From contig MU058039.1 in assembly GCA_013265495.1 (NCBI GenBank), positions 870,591 through 934,590 of the forward strand: a DNA stretch of 64,000 nt. The letters run 5' to 3'. The notes beneath the pieces were generated by a model, which made no database searches, was not told where the DNA came from, and worked only from the letters and a program-made list of their open reading frames with translations. The stretch is from Vicugna vicugna. Its lineage: Eukaryota. This document shows positions 14,001 to 24,620 of this stretch, in pieces; the first letter of the stretch is position 1, and each line of letters opens with the position of its first letter. The position numbers and the translations under genes are program-made.

Positions 14001-14689
14001 CACTGGGACAACCACTGTTAAATTTACTTGGGTAACTAGGAGCATGAGCGTCCCCTCCTGCCCTGCTTCCAATACCTCTTGTCTCCTCCCTTCCCTCATT
14101 CCACAGGTACCACCCCAGCCACCTGCAGGGCCACATCTTTCTCTGTGGCTGGTCGGGGCAAGGGAAGAGGGTATGCTTTTTACATCCTAGTGTGCATCTT
14201 TTGGCCTGAATCCCCTGAGAGGTGGTAGGGAAAGAGAGTTGAAGTGGAGAGTTTCTGGTCAAAAAAAAAAAAGGAATACAAATAGCCTCTCTGTGTGCAC
14301 GTAGCATAGTGCCTCCTTTTTTCAGGAACCTGCTTCTCAGGACTGTAGGGACTCTCCTTGATGACTTTCTGGCAGGCAGTGCCAGTTCTCCAGACTCTCC
14401 CAGGTTGGGGTCAGGGGAACACCTGGTCCAAGAGCTGCTGGTCTTCACCCTGAGCCCATGTGGACACTCTGGCTGCTGCCTGCCTCATCCTGCTGGTTCT
14501 GAGGCCTCTCTCTCTTCTGCAGTGGTGGTCCTGGCAGGGCTGTTCGTGATGGTCCTGATCCTCTTGCTGGGAGCCTCCGTAGTCTGCCTGATCAGGGTGG
14601 CACGGAGGAACCAGGAGCGCACCCTCCGCACCGTCTGGAGTTCCGGGGACGACAAAGAGCACCTGGTGAAGAACACTTACGTCCTGTGA
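8074..14689 (+). CDS. SPINT2: Kunitz-type serine protease inhibitor 2 (HAI-2/placental bikunin), exons 2-7; exon 1 with the signal peptide is outside the window
   Basis: Exons with AG/GT ends: 8074-8244 (Kunitz 1, [23 protein letters not shown]...[13 protein letters not shown]...C), 10644-10703, 12021-12074 (..DIFNYE), 12652-12813 (Kunitz 2, [20 protein letters not shown]...[13 protein letters not shown]), 13162-13200, 14523-14689 ([26 protein letters not shown], tail ..[11 protein letters not shown]). All internal junctions are phase 1 and the frame is continuous. Confidence 0.97.
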
Positions 14690-15131
14690 ACACCCTGTCG
14701 CTAAGGGGCTGCCCTCCTCCACCCGCTGTTGATGAAGAGAACCTGGGAAGGGAGGGGAGACAAGTGTCGAATGCGTGTGTACTTTTTCAAATTGAGTGAT
14801 TGATTTGTATTTGTGAGATCATTAGGGTTACTTCACAAGGTAAGAGTGCTTGCTGCCTGGTCTCCTGGGGTGTGTTTGCTTTGGAAATCCTCTTAGATAA
14901 GGGCTGCGTGCATTGCAGGTGGTCTGGCCCTCGACTGGAGTCAGCTCCTCTTCGATTTATTTCTTGGCACCAGGTATAGTTTTCTTCACATATGTTGAAT
15001 CTTATTGTCTCCTTTCCCATCACAAAAGTGATGCTTTAATAGTTTCCTTTGTTTGTTTGTTTTTTTAAGTAAGCAGAAGCATAAGTTTTTTATTAGGATT
15101 CTGAAAGGAAGAAAGTAAGATGTACAAGTTT

Positions 15132-15161
15132 AATAAAAAGGGCCTTCCCTTTTAAAATAAA
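15132..15161 (+). terminator. SPINT2: SPINT2 polyadenylation signals (two AATAAA)
   Basis: AATAAA at 15132-15137 and 15156-15161, ~450 nt after the stop, followed by a GU/U-rich tract (tgtgctttctttcttt). Confidence 0.75.
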
Positions 15162-15898
15162 TTTCAGCATGTGCTTTCTTTCTTTATAGGACTGCTAATT
15201 TAAACTCTACCAAAATTACCACAGGACACTACATGAGATGCCCCATTCTAGAAATGAACTCCTTAAAAAAAAAAAAGCATCTTTCAGATCTTTTTGAATG
15301 AAATACATCTTTCATTACAGCTGAGTGCCCATAAAGTTTCACCAATAACATTTAGCCTTCCCACCTGTGGCAAGCTCTGATTGTTTTTATTCTATTTCAC
15401 TTTTTAAAAATTCTGGTCACACTGTACTAACTTTTTTTTTTAATTGATCCACTTTGGCACTCATGATTTTCAAGTTTCCCTGCAGCTCTGCCATCTTCCT
15501 CAGGCCTTCCACATGTCCCTTTATTGAAATGGGAACAGGGTACCACCAAGCTTAGTCCTAGTTCTGCTGCCTACCTGTAGATGTTCCCTGCCTGTCTTTA
15601 GGCTCTCAAAGCCCTTTTTCCCCTCTCCTTCCAAACACGTACTCCTAAAACACGGAGCAGCATCTGGGCTACCCAAGGGGTCAGGCAGGCGCCCTGGGAC
15701 CTCTACCCACCTCAGTGACTCAGAAGGCTGGGCCCCAGCCCGGGAGTGGGTGGAGGTGCTGGGCCAGGCTGTGGGCCCCATGCATTCTGACATGATAGTT
15801 TCAGGTGTTGCTTTGGCCTCTTGGAACAAAAAGACAATAAGCCCTCCTTTCCTTGACCTTCATGGAAATCCCTTCTGGTCAAAAGGCCACATTCTCTA

Positions 15899-16209
15899 CA
15901 GGCGCACCTTATTTTACTGTGCTTCGCAGGTGCTACATTTTTAAATTTTACAAATTGAAGGTTTGTGGCAACCCTGCATTGTCAGGTGATGGTTAGCATT
16001 TTTCAGCAATAAAGTATTGTTTAATTAAGGTATATACATTGGGGGTTTTTTTAGATATAATGCAGTTGCATTCTTAGTAGACTATAGTATAGTATAAACA
16101 TAACTGTTACATGCACTGGGAAATCTAAAAAGTACTTGTGACTCGCTATATTGTGATATTTGCTTCCTTGTGGTAGTCTGGAACGAACTCAGTATCTCAG
16201 GAATGCCTG
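15899..16209. mobile_element. Tigger1-derived internally deleted DNA transposon (Tigger1a-like)
   Basis: TA|CAGGC..GCCTG|TA termini with TA duplication; Tigger1-typical tttacaaattgaaggtttgtggcaaccctgca and gactatagtatagtataaacataact. Confidence 0.85.
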
Positions 16210-19200
16210 TACGTTGGGGAAAAGACTTGTATCTGTTAGGGCTTAGAAATCTGTTCCAGAAGCAGTTGGGCAAATACCTTATCCACTTCCTCCCAGCCTC
16301 TGTGGTCCATGGTAGACGTTGCTCACGGACTCTGGCATTCTCCCTCCCAAGTTGGTGAGCAGGTGAAACCTACTTGCTGTATCTCAGACAAATTGGGACT
16401 CCCAGTGCTCCGGAAGAGCCTGTGGTCCAGGAAAGTGGGCCTAGGCATTGGGAAGAGACTCCCCACCCACCACTCTCCAGCTGTGCAACAGCAGTTGGGT
16501 CACTTAACTCTTTTGAGCCTCTGGTTTCCTCACCTGTAAGATGGGTGGATGTGAGGGTCACATGAGATTATAGATGTGGTGTCTGCCTCTGCCCACCTAC
16601 CTGTGTCCTCATTTCTCCTCAATAGTTGGTGGCTCTCCCCTACACCCACCCTGCCATCCCATGAGCAACCCTCAAGTCCACTTGTGTCCTTTCGTGTTTC
16701 TCTGCCTACTTGAACAAGAGTTGTCTCTCCTACATACCTTAGTCATGTGAAGGAAAAAAGTAGTGTGTTTAGATTTTAAAAGAAACTGTTGGGAATCACT
16801 TTGAAATAATTATACTGCAGAAGGAACATCATGAAGTGAATTCTAACACCATCAAGGCCAGGTGAACTTTTGTAAGTTTTTCATAGAGTACCTTTATGTA
16901 TGTCTAATACAGAAGTTAGGCTCTGTGACTCACTTCTGCCAAAACTTGTCCTGTTTATCTCATGGTTTGGGAGGCCCCATGGCCCCACTTGCTCCTGGCA
17001 GATTGACAGCATGGGACCTTTGGGCCCTCTTGGTGTGCCAGTGGTGTCTCGCTTCTGCACTTTTCCAGGTTAGGATGCTGCTGTTCCAGTCTGGTCGGCT
17101 CTTTGCCACACCACTGTAGCTCCTAAAACTAAACTGCCATGTTTTCAGTTTTCTGGACATTTTATAGGCTCACATTGGTCTCCTCTTTTTGTTACAAAGG
17201 CTACCCAACAATAGGCCAATAGCCAAGGTGTTCAATGGACATTTTACGGCCTTTGTCATCCTCACGCTGCTGACAGCATTTAGAGGTGAAATGGACTTTA
17301 AAAAATCGACTCAACAAAGATAGCTCACTCTGCCTCTTCCTGGTCCACACACTTTAGCAAGGCAGTTTGGTCACTGAATGTGGCTGTCACCAGAAAGGGA
17401 TTATCTCTGGACCATCTCCTGAGTAAAGGTCAGGTCAAGAGGGTTGGGAGTCATACAGACTATTTTGACAATTTTGGAATTCTATCCTCATCATTCCTGT
17501 GTATGATGCATCTTCGCCCTAACAGCAAGCCCGGGCACACCTGGTTGGTGCACCCTCCTGATGGCAGCCGACCAGAAAGGGGCCTCAGATTAAAGTTAGC
17601 ACTGGTTCGGCCCCCCACATTCTTTCTCGGACGACTGGTCCCAGGTCATGAAGACAACAGCCACTGGGTCATTGAGTGCTCTGCCTGCCAGGTCTCCCTA
17701 CAGTGGCCCACATGGTCTCTATAAATTTGTAAAAATGTTTGTTCCATTCACATCTGATCCTTCCAAACAAAAGGTTTGAGTGTGAGTAGGTCATGACAAA
17801 GATGACTCCCATCCCAGAGTCACTGGTTGCAGATCCTTGGAGGGAGAGCAACAACCTGGCACTTGGGGAAGGAACACCTCAGACTCCAGGAGGTGAGGGG
17901 CAAGGGGGGGAGCAACCAGTGCTCTCTCCTCCAGATCCAGCACCTGGTCCAGCTGAGCCCTGCGGCACCTGCAGCTGGCAGTGTGACCCGCAGACCCGGC
18001 CAGTCCTGAACGAGTCTGCTGCGCCTGATGCCACCCGCAGCGGGCCGGAGTGTGGGCCCCACCCCTAGACGTTTACAAATACTTAGACCTGCTCAGTCTT
18101 GTTTTAATCTGGCTGATAACATAATCACACACTTCCTATGCCCACGCAGCCCTGGGCTATGCCATGTATGGCAATTAAGGTTGTATCTACTCAGTGGCAC
18201 TGCCCATGTGGCTTACCCAAACCAGTGCAGGGGTGTTCCAAGTCAAGTTTAACAACAAATCATGTCCTGTGCCCAGTACTCTGAGCCTTCATGTGGGAAA
18301 GAATGAGTCACCATGTCTCTTCATTGGGCATGAGGGCTACTTTTGGACCTTGCAATTATTGGCAGTGGCACCAGAGGTCAGCAGGTCGGTCTGAACTCCC
18401 TTGTGTGGGTCCTAATGGATGACAGACTGGCCTATTACATCCTGGCTGTCTGAAATCAGCCCTGATTGTTCACAGCTAGATGAGTCCAGGATCCTGGATG
18501 GCAGATTGGCCTTATATCAACAGGAGTCACTGCCTCTTGGTCCTAGCTAAATGCCATATGAGACAAACTGAGTGAATTTGGTCCCAGCCTCTTGTCAGAT
18601 TAATCCAAGCCCCTGACGGCATCCTCATGCGAAAATTCACCAGAAGCCAAGAGGGGTGCACTGTTGGGAGAGAGTGCTCCGTGGGGGTCTTGTGCACTAC
18701 AGGTCTTGCTGGGTGTACCAAGACCGCACAGCCCTGGCAGCTGTTTCCCTGGGCCATTTCTCAGGGTCGGGTTTGCAGCGAGCACCTTGAAAGATGAAGT
18801 GATGTAGTGGTTCCCTCTAGGACAAAGAGCAGGCCTGCCTACTGCTTGCTGTAAAGTGGCAGGTTCCCATGCTCAGTGTCCCTCTTGTAATGGCAGCCAC
18901 CCACTGTAGGTGTGGAGTCCATCTGGACCCTCTGCTTTGCTCCCAGGGGCAGGGGAAGTCAACACACATGTTGATGCTTATGCTTCTTGCTGTGATGTCT
19001 CTGACCCAGGAATCTCAAGGGTTCTCCCAGCATTTTGGAAACAGTTACAAGGCTAATTTATTAGCTTGTAAATAGAATGAAATCAAATCCCAGACACAAC
19101 AGTCAGCTGGGCAGAGGCCAAGCTTGGGTTTCCCTAGCTGGGCTGTCAGCAACTTGGCACCTCCCAAAGGATGCTCTGCTGAGATTTTTCTGGTGATTAG

Positions 19201-21409
19201 TATTCCAGAACATCCAGGGCTCAGTGCAGCATTTCTGTCTTGTGGGAAAGGAAACTGAGTCTCTGCATACTGTGTGCTTAAGGTCAGCTATCTCCTGGGA
19301 TGTGGTTAGGCTCAAAGAAAACATCCCAGAACAGGGATTATGATGTTTATAGAGCTGGGGTGCCGTGGTCATGCAAGCTTCAGGAAGGAGACGAAACCGG
19401 GCCTCAGCAGTTCCTCTTCCAACTGGTCATGTCGGTCCTCAGACATGTAGGAGCACTGGAGCACCACAGGAGACTGTCTCCCAGCACTCTGCTCCTCGGT
19501 CCTGTGCCACTAGAGCTGGCATCCAGAAATCTCTTCCTAAATTGCAGTGATTAAGTAAAAACGTGAGGGTTGGAGTGACCCTCTGTAGAATGTCTACTGG
19601 TGAGAAAGGGTAAGCTGATGTTGCAGTGAATGACATCGGTGTCACAGGTCAGTTGGGAACACAAGTTCCTTTTTCCTACAAAGAAGACTTTGCTTGTACC
19701 CTTAGGACCAAGTCATTTTAGGCAGAAATAATGAGGAAACAAGCAGGGGAGCGCAGTGCCATTAGATGCCAGGGGCAGGCAGGGCCTGGGAAGACAGACA
19801 TAAGCCACTGTTCGTGCTCCTGTTAACTATGGGAGATAAGCACTGAATGGCAGAGAACTAATTTTCCAAAAAGCAGATGGACATGCCCTTGTCTTAGGGG
19901 CTCACATCTATATTTTTCATCCAAGCATTTATGTCCAACTTCCCAGCTTTAATCTCTCCTCCATTTGTAAACTTTCCAGAGTAGGAGAGTAAGGGACACT
20001 CACTGCCACCAATAAGGAGTAGTGATAGGTTTCCAGGTCCCAATTTCCCCCTTCTTCCTCTTGTTAATAGAAGTCCCCAGGTTTTAGCCAGATTTGTGGC
20101 TGCCCAGCTAGGAACTCTATTTCCCTGTCTCCTTTGCAGTAGGATGTGACTAGGTGTCTTAAGTCCTTACTGAAGGGATGTGTGCTGCCTCCAGGTTGGG
20201 TCCTTAAAAGGAAGTGGTGTGCCCTCCATTTGCCCTTTCTTTTCCTGGAGGGATGTCCAGTACCCAGACAGAAGGAGCTGGGTCCCGGGATGGTCTCAGG
20301 GAGCTGCCTGCTCACCTGCTCTGGTCTCCCACAAGCTCAAGCTTTCATGTGAGAGAAAAGTGAAGCTCTCCTGTTAAGCCTCTGTCTTCAGAGTCTCTGT
20401 GAAAGCTGCCACATCCTAAATATATAGGAGCGATAGGTGGGGGTCTGGAGGACCAGGCCAGTTCTCCCCGGACGCATTCACTCACCCCACAATTACTTAC
20501 GTAGCAGTGAAGAGCTATTCCGTCTTGGGTCTGGAAGATCCCACACTGCTGCCCCCCACCCTACTGGCCCACTGTCCTACTGCACCTTTTAGGGTTCAAT
20601 TGCTTCATATCTAACATGGGGGGCCTATTGCCAGTTTCATGAGGAATCATGAGATTGTGTTTGTAGATCGTAATAAAAACTGACATTTATTGAGCATCTA
20701 CTTACCTTGTCCCAGACAGGCTCTGCAAAACCATTTCCTTATGAGGTAAGTTTTCCTTTTGCCAGGAGGACAGTGAGGGCCAGAGTGACTGCTCCACAGA
20801 GCAGTAAAGGGTAGAGTGAGACCTGTAAGCAGATTGGCCTCCAGAACCTAAACTCACAGCCACTGTAAGCTTGCTCTAACCTGCCATTACCACTGCCTGG
20901 TATCAGGTAACCCAGTTCACCAGATGATAGTGAGCACCAACTCTGAGTCGCACCGTTCTGGGCACTGAGCAAAGCAATAAAGTCCACACCCTTGTTCTGC
21001 CAGGAGAGACACACATTTTCTCTCATATCCTGTATGTGGTTGTCAGCAAAACCATAATCATCATTTCCCTCTTCTCACAGAGTAAAGACCAAAGATCTCT
21101 GATTTACAAGACACTTCCCCCATCCCTCCTCTTCTACCTCTCCCCCTCCATTCACTGCCACTCTAATCTTGCAGTTCTTCCAACACAGGAACATTTCTGC
21201 CTCAGGGCCTTTGCACTTGTTATTCACTCTGCCTAGATATGCCTCCATATGCTTGCATGACTTGTTTCCTCACCTTCAGATTTTTACTCAAAAAGACTTC
21301 AGTGAGGCTTCCCTGAATAACTATCTGAAATCCAACATTTCCTCAACATACCACATAGTTATTACCTAGTCCCCTATATTGCTGTATTTCTCAGTACATA
21401 CTACTTTTT

Positions 21410-21845
21410 AAAAATTGAGTTATAAGTTATATAAAACTCACCCATTTCAAATGTACAATTCAGTGATTTTTTTAAAATAATTTTACCAAATGGTGCAATT
21501 GTCACCATAAATCCAGTTTTAGAATATTTTCATCCCCTTCTACTAGTAAGATCCCTCACAGCCATTTACATCTAATCACCATTCCTACACTCAGCTCCCA
21601 GCAACCACTAATCTGATTTCTGTCTCTATAATTGCCTTTTCTGAATACTTCATATGAATGGTATCATATAATATGTAGTCTCTCGTGTCTGGCTTCTTTC
21701 ATCTAGCATGATGTTTTCGAGGTTCATCCATGGTGTAGCATGGATGAGTTCATTACTTTTTTTTTGCTGAATAGTATTCCATGATATGTGTAGATATATC
21801 ACATTTTGTATATTCACCAACTGTTGGACAGTTTAGTTTCAGCTT
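21410..21845 (-). mobile_element. L1M 3' fragment nested in L2 sequence
   Basis: aaatgtacaattcagtgattt..ctggcttctttcatctagcatgatgttttcgaggttcatccat. Confidence 0.8.
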
Positions 21846-23099
21846 TTTCTAACACACTGTACATTTTGCTTTGTTCCCCCCACTAGAATGTCAACTACAC
21901 GAGGCTGGAATTTTTGATGGTTGTGTTCACCTCTGTACCCCCAGCATTTGAATTATGCTGGACACATAGTAGGTATTCAAGAAATATATCCTGAAAGAAT
22001 AAGTTAGAATAGAGATAACTTCAGGGAGTGGTAAGCCTGGGCTATGCTGGCCATCAAGCAGGGCAAAGGCGACAGAGTGACAGGACTCCATGGAGCCAGC
22101 AGTCAGGGCAGGCTCCTATAAGGAATGGACTTTGGAGCAGGCACCTGAATGCACAAGGCCAATTATTGCACGTTCGTCATCAGCTCCAGGCCTCAGCCAC
22201 CTGCTCCTGTGCCACTCCTGCAGGTAAGGGCAGACAGCTTGGTGGCAGGACTGGGTTGGAGAGGGACTCCCAAGGACACCTAGCCTCACAGCAATTTGAG
22301 CAGGTGATGCAGGTCCTCCCTGCCCCCAGCTCTTGCCTGAGTCTGCGGGGCCCAGCCCAGTGTGGGGAGGAAAGGGTGGGCTGGACTGGCTGCCCCTTCT
22401 GCTGAGTGCCCCCAGGGTGAGACAGAGGGGCAAGGCACAGCCTTGGACTTGAAGCACACTGCCTGGGTTTGAATCCCAGCTCTAGCCTGTTCATTGCTCC
22501 ATTTGCCCCTTGTCATCTTACTTAACTGTTTAGTTCCTGTTTTCTCATCTGCAAAATAGGGAAAGTAGCCATAGCTACCTTTTATTTGAAAAACAAACAT
22601 TATTTTATAAGCATTTACTCCTAGTAAGTAACCGTATGCAGGCAGGTTCTAGGAAACTTAATTCGTTTGATTGTTATATCAACCCCATATGGTAGCTGTC
22701 ATTTACAGATGAGGAATCTGAGGCACAGAGAAGTGAAGTTAACCTTCCCCAGATCACCCCGCTACTAAGTAATACAGATGGGCTTCAAATCAGCAGACTG
22801 GTTCCAAGTTCGTGCTTTTCACTCCTTCAGGCACTGCTCCTCACCAAGCCAGAGGCATTGTTAAAGGGAGTTAATGTATGTGAAGCCTCTGGAACAAGAG
22901 CCTGGCAGGTAATCAGTACACAAGGAGTGTCAGGATTATCACAGTATAGAGGATGCAGGGAGGCACCCTCCCTCATTTCTTCAAAACAAGGATCTAACCC
23001 TTTTAGGGGAAGCAGGTAACAGCTCTAGTACCCTCCTCAGAAATCTGCAACTTGGCCCACACATTCCTTCCCTAGCCCCACCCACACAGCCCCAACTCC

Positions 23100-23353
23100 A
23101 CTGCCAAGGCTCACTGGGTGGGGGTGGGGGGGACATAGTAGTTAACTGTCCACCCTCCCCATTTCCCAGGGACAAGTTGGGCGGTGCTGGGGAGGGGCTG
23201 TGAGTCAGGACTAAGGACTCTGAACAAAGGTTAGGGTGGGGCTCCTCAGAACTCCATAGGCAGACTCACTGCCCCTCCCCATGGCCCTCCCCCTGCCCTG
23301 TGGCACTGCTGGGCCCTCTGGCCCTGCAGACACACCTTTTCTCACTTACCACC
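23100..23353 (+). promoter_or_regulatory. C19orf33: C19orf33 proximal promoter
   Basis: Immediately 5' of the ATG; AP-1 TGAGTCA at 23201-23207 and several GGGTGGGG/GGGCGG (KLF/SP) boxes. Motif-level evidence only. Confidence 0.5.
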
Positions 23354-24062
23354 ATGGAGTTTGACCTGTCAGCAGGTGCGCTCCTGGGGAGTGGGAAGCT
23401 TGAGGGGCAGAGGGCCAGATTCAAGCCCAGGGACTGCCTCCCAGGGGGCATTCCCTACGTGGGCGCCAACCCACCCAACTTCTCCTCTCCGCAGCTGTGG
23501 AGTCCACCTCCAAGAAGCCCCAGGGAGCAGGCCATGTGGGAGACGCCAAGCACAGCCCCCACAAAGTTCCCGGTGGGTCAGCTGATCACCTGAAGGTAAG
23601 TCACCTCACAACCGGGCACACCCCAGGGGCGGTTGCTTTTGACCCCAGGCCCCTGCTAGGTCTGGGGCCTCCGACTTGGGGACTGGATAAGGGGCTCCGG
23701 CCTCACTGTCACGCCACCAACTAGCATCACCACGGCCGTGGCCACGGCAGCTCCTCCGATTCCAGCAGCAGCTCCAGCGACTCGGAAAATGAGGCTAAGG
23801 TGAGAGGCTTCTCCCTTTTCCAGCGGGTGCCTGTCACCCCAGGTGGGGGCAGAGTTTCAGCCCGCAACTCTGGCAGACGTCTCACTGGCGGAACCCTCTC
23901 TCCTCTCCCACCCCCACCGTCCTCACCCCGACCCCACAGCCCGGCACAGTCGGCTCGGAGAAGCACAAAAGCGCCCCGGGCAAGGTCAAGAAGCCAAAGG
24001 TGAAAAAGGAGAAGAAGAAGGACGGGAAGAAGAAGGACGAGAAGAAGAAGGCTCCCCACTGA
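23354..24062 (+). CDS. C19orf33: Immortalization up-regulated protein / HAI-2-related small peptide (C19orf33 orthologue), 106 aa
   Basis: Kozak accATGG. Exons 23354-23375 (MEFDLSA), 23495-23595 (AVESTSKKPQGAGHVGDAKHSPHKVPGGSADHLK), 23725-23799 (HHHGRGHGSSSDSSSSSSDSENEAK), 23940-24062 (PGTVGSEKHKSAPGKVKKPKVKKEKKKDGKKKDEKKKAPH*). Ser tract, Lys-rich tail and position between SPINT2 and YIF1B match the known gene. ATTAAA at 24081-24086. Confidence 0.93.
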
Positions 24063-24620
24063 CGGGCCTGGGCGGGGCTCATTAAACCTTCTCTCGGCCT
24101 CCAGGTTGCCTTCCGGTTTCGAGGCGCCGCGATCCGTCCCCAGCCCCGCCTGTCCCCTTCCTCCTGCCCCTCTCCGGGCCCGGACTGCCCCCTGCCGGGC
24201 ACCGCGCGCCAAGGAGAGGCAGCTCACGCCGTGCCCCTCACGGTTTATTGTTTCTTAAACAGTGGCCGCACTGCGGGGTGGGGTGGGGGGCGGCCTGTGC
24301 AGTTGGAGATCTCAGCACCTCAGCGAGAAGGGGAGGGAGGGTCTCGGGAGGCGGGGCGGACCCTGTGGCCGGCAAGGGGCCGGGAGATGAGCGGCTGCAG
24401 CTCGGTGGCCGCCAGAAGCAGCAGCTGGAGGCGTCGCGGGGCCACCCTCACCGCACCAGGTGGAAGGTGAGCCAGTACATGAGCAGGGGCTGCGCTGCCG
24501 CCACCGCCATGGTCAGGTACATGCGCAGCTGGTTCCGCGCCCCGCGCACCGGGATGCCTTCGGCCGCCGCATCTGCCAGGATCTTCAGCCGAAGGGTCCG
24601 GATCTGGGTGGGGAGGGGAT
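23700..24620. other. CpG-rich island over the convergent 3' ends of C19orf33 and YIF1B
   Basis: Visibly high GC and CpG density relative to the flanks. Confidence 0.6.

Noticed and set aside
15700..18500. Scattered AP-1 (TGAGTCA) and GRHL-like words between SPINT2 and C19orf33 as an enhancer cluster
   Set aside because: A handful of 7-mers over several kb is too close to chance expectation to support without chromatin data.
22125..22148. ATGGACTTTGGAGCAGGC (MDFGAG) resembling the C19orf33 start (MEFDL..) as a duplicated exon 1
   Set aside because: Similarity is too short and it stops after 7 codons; likely coincidence.
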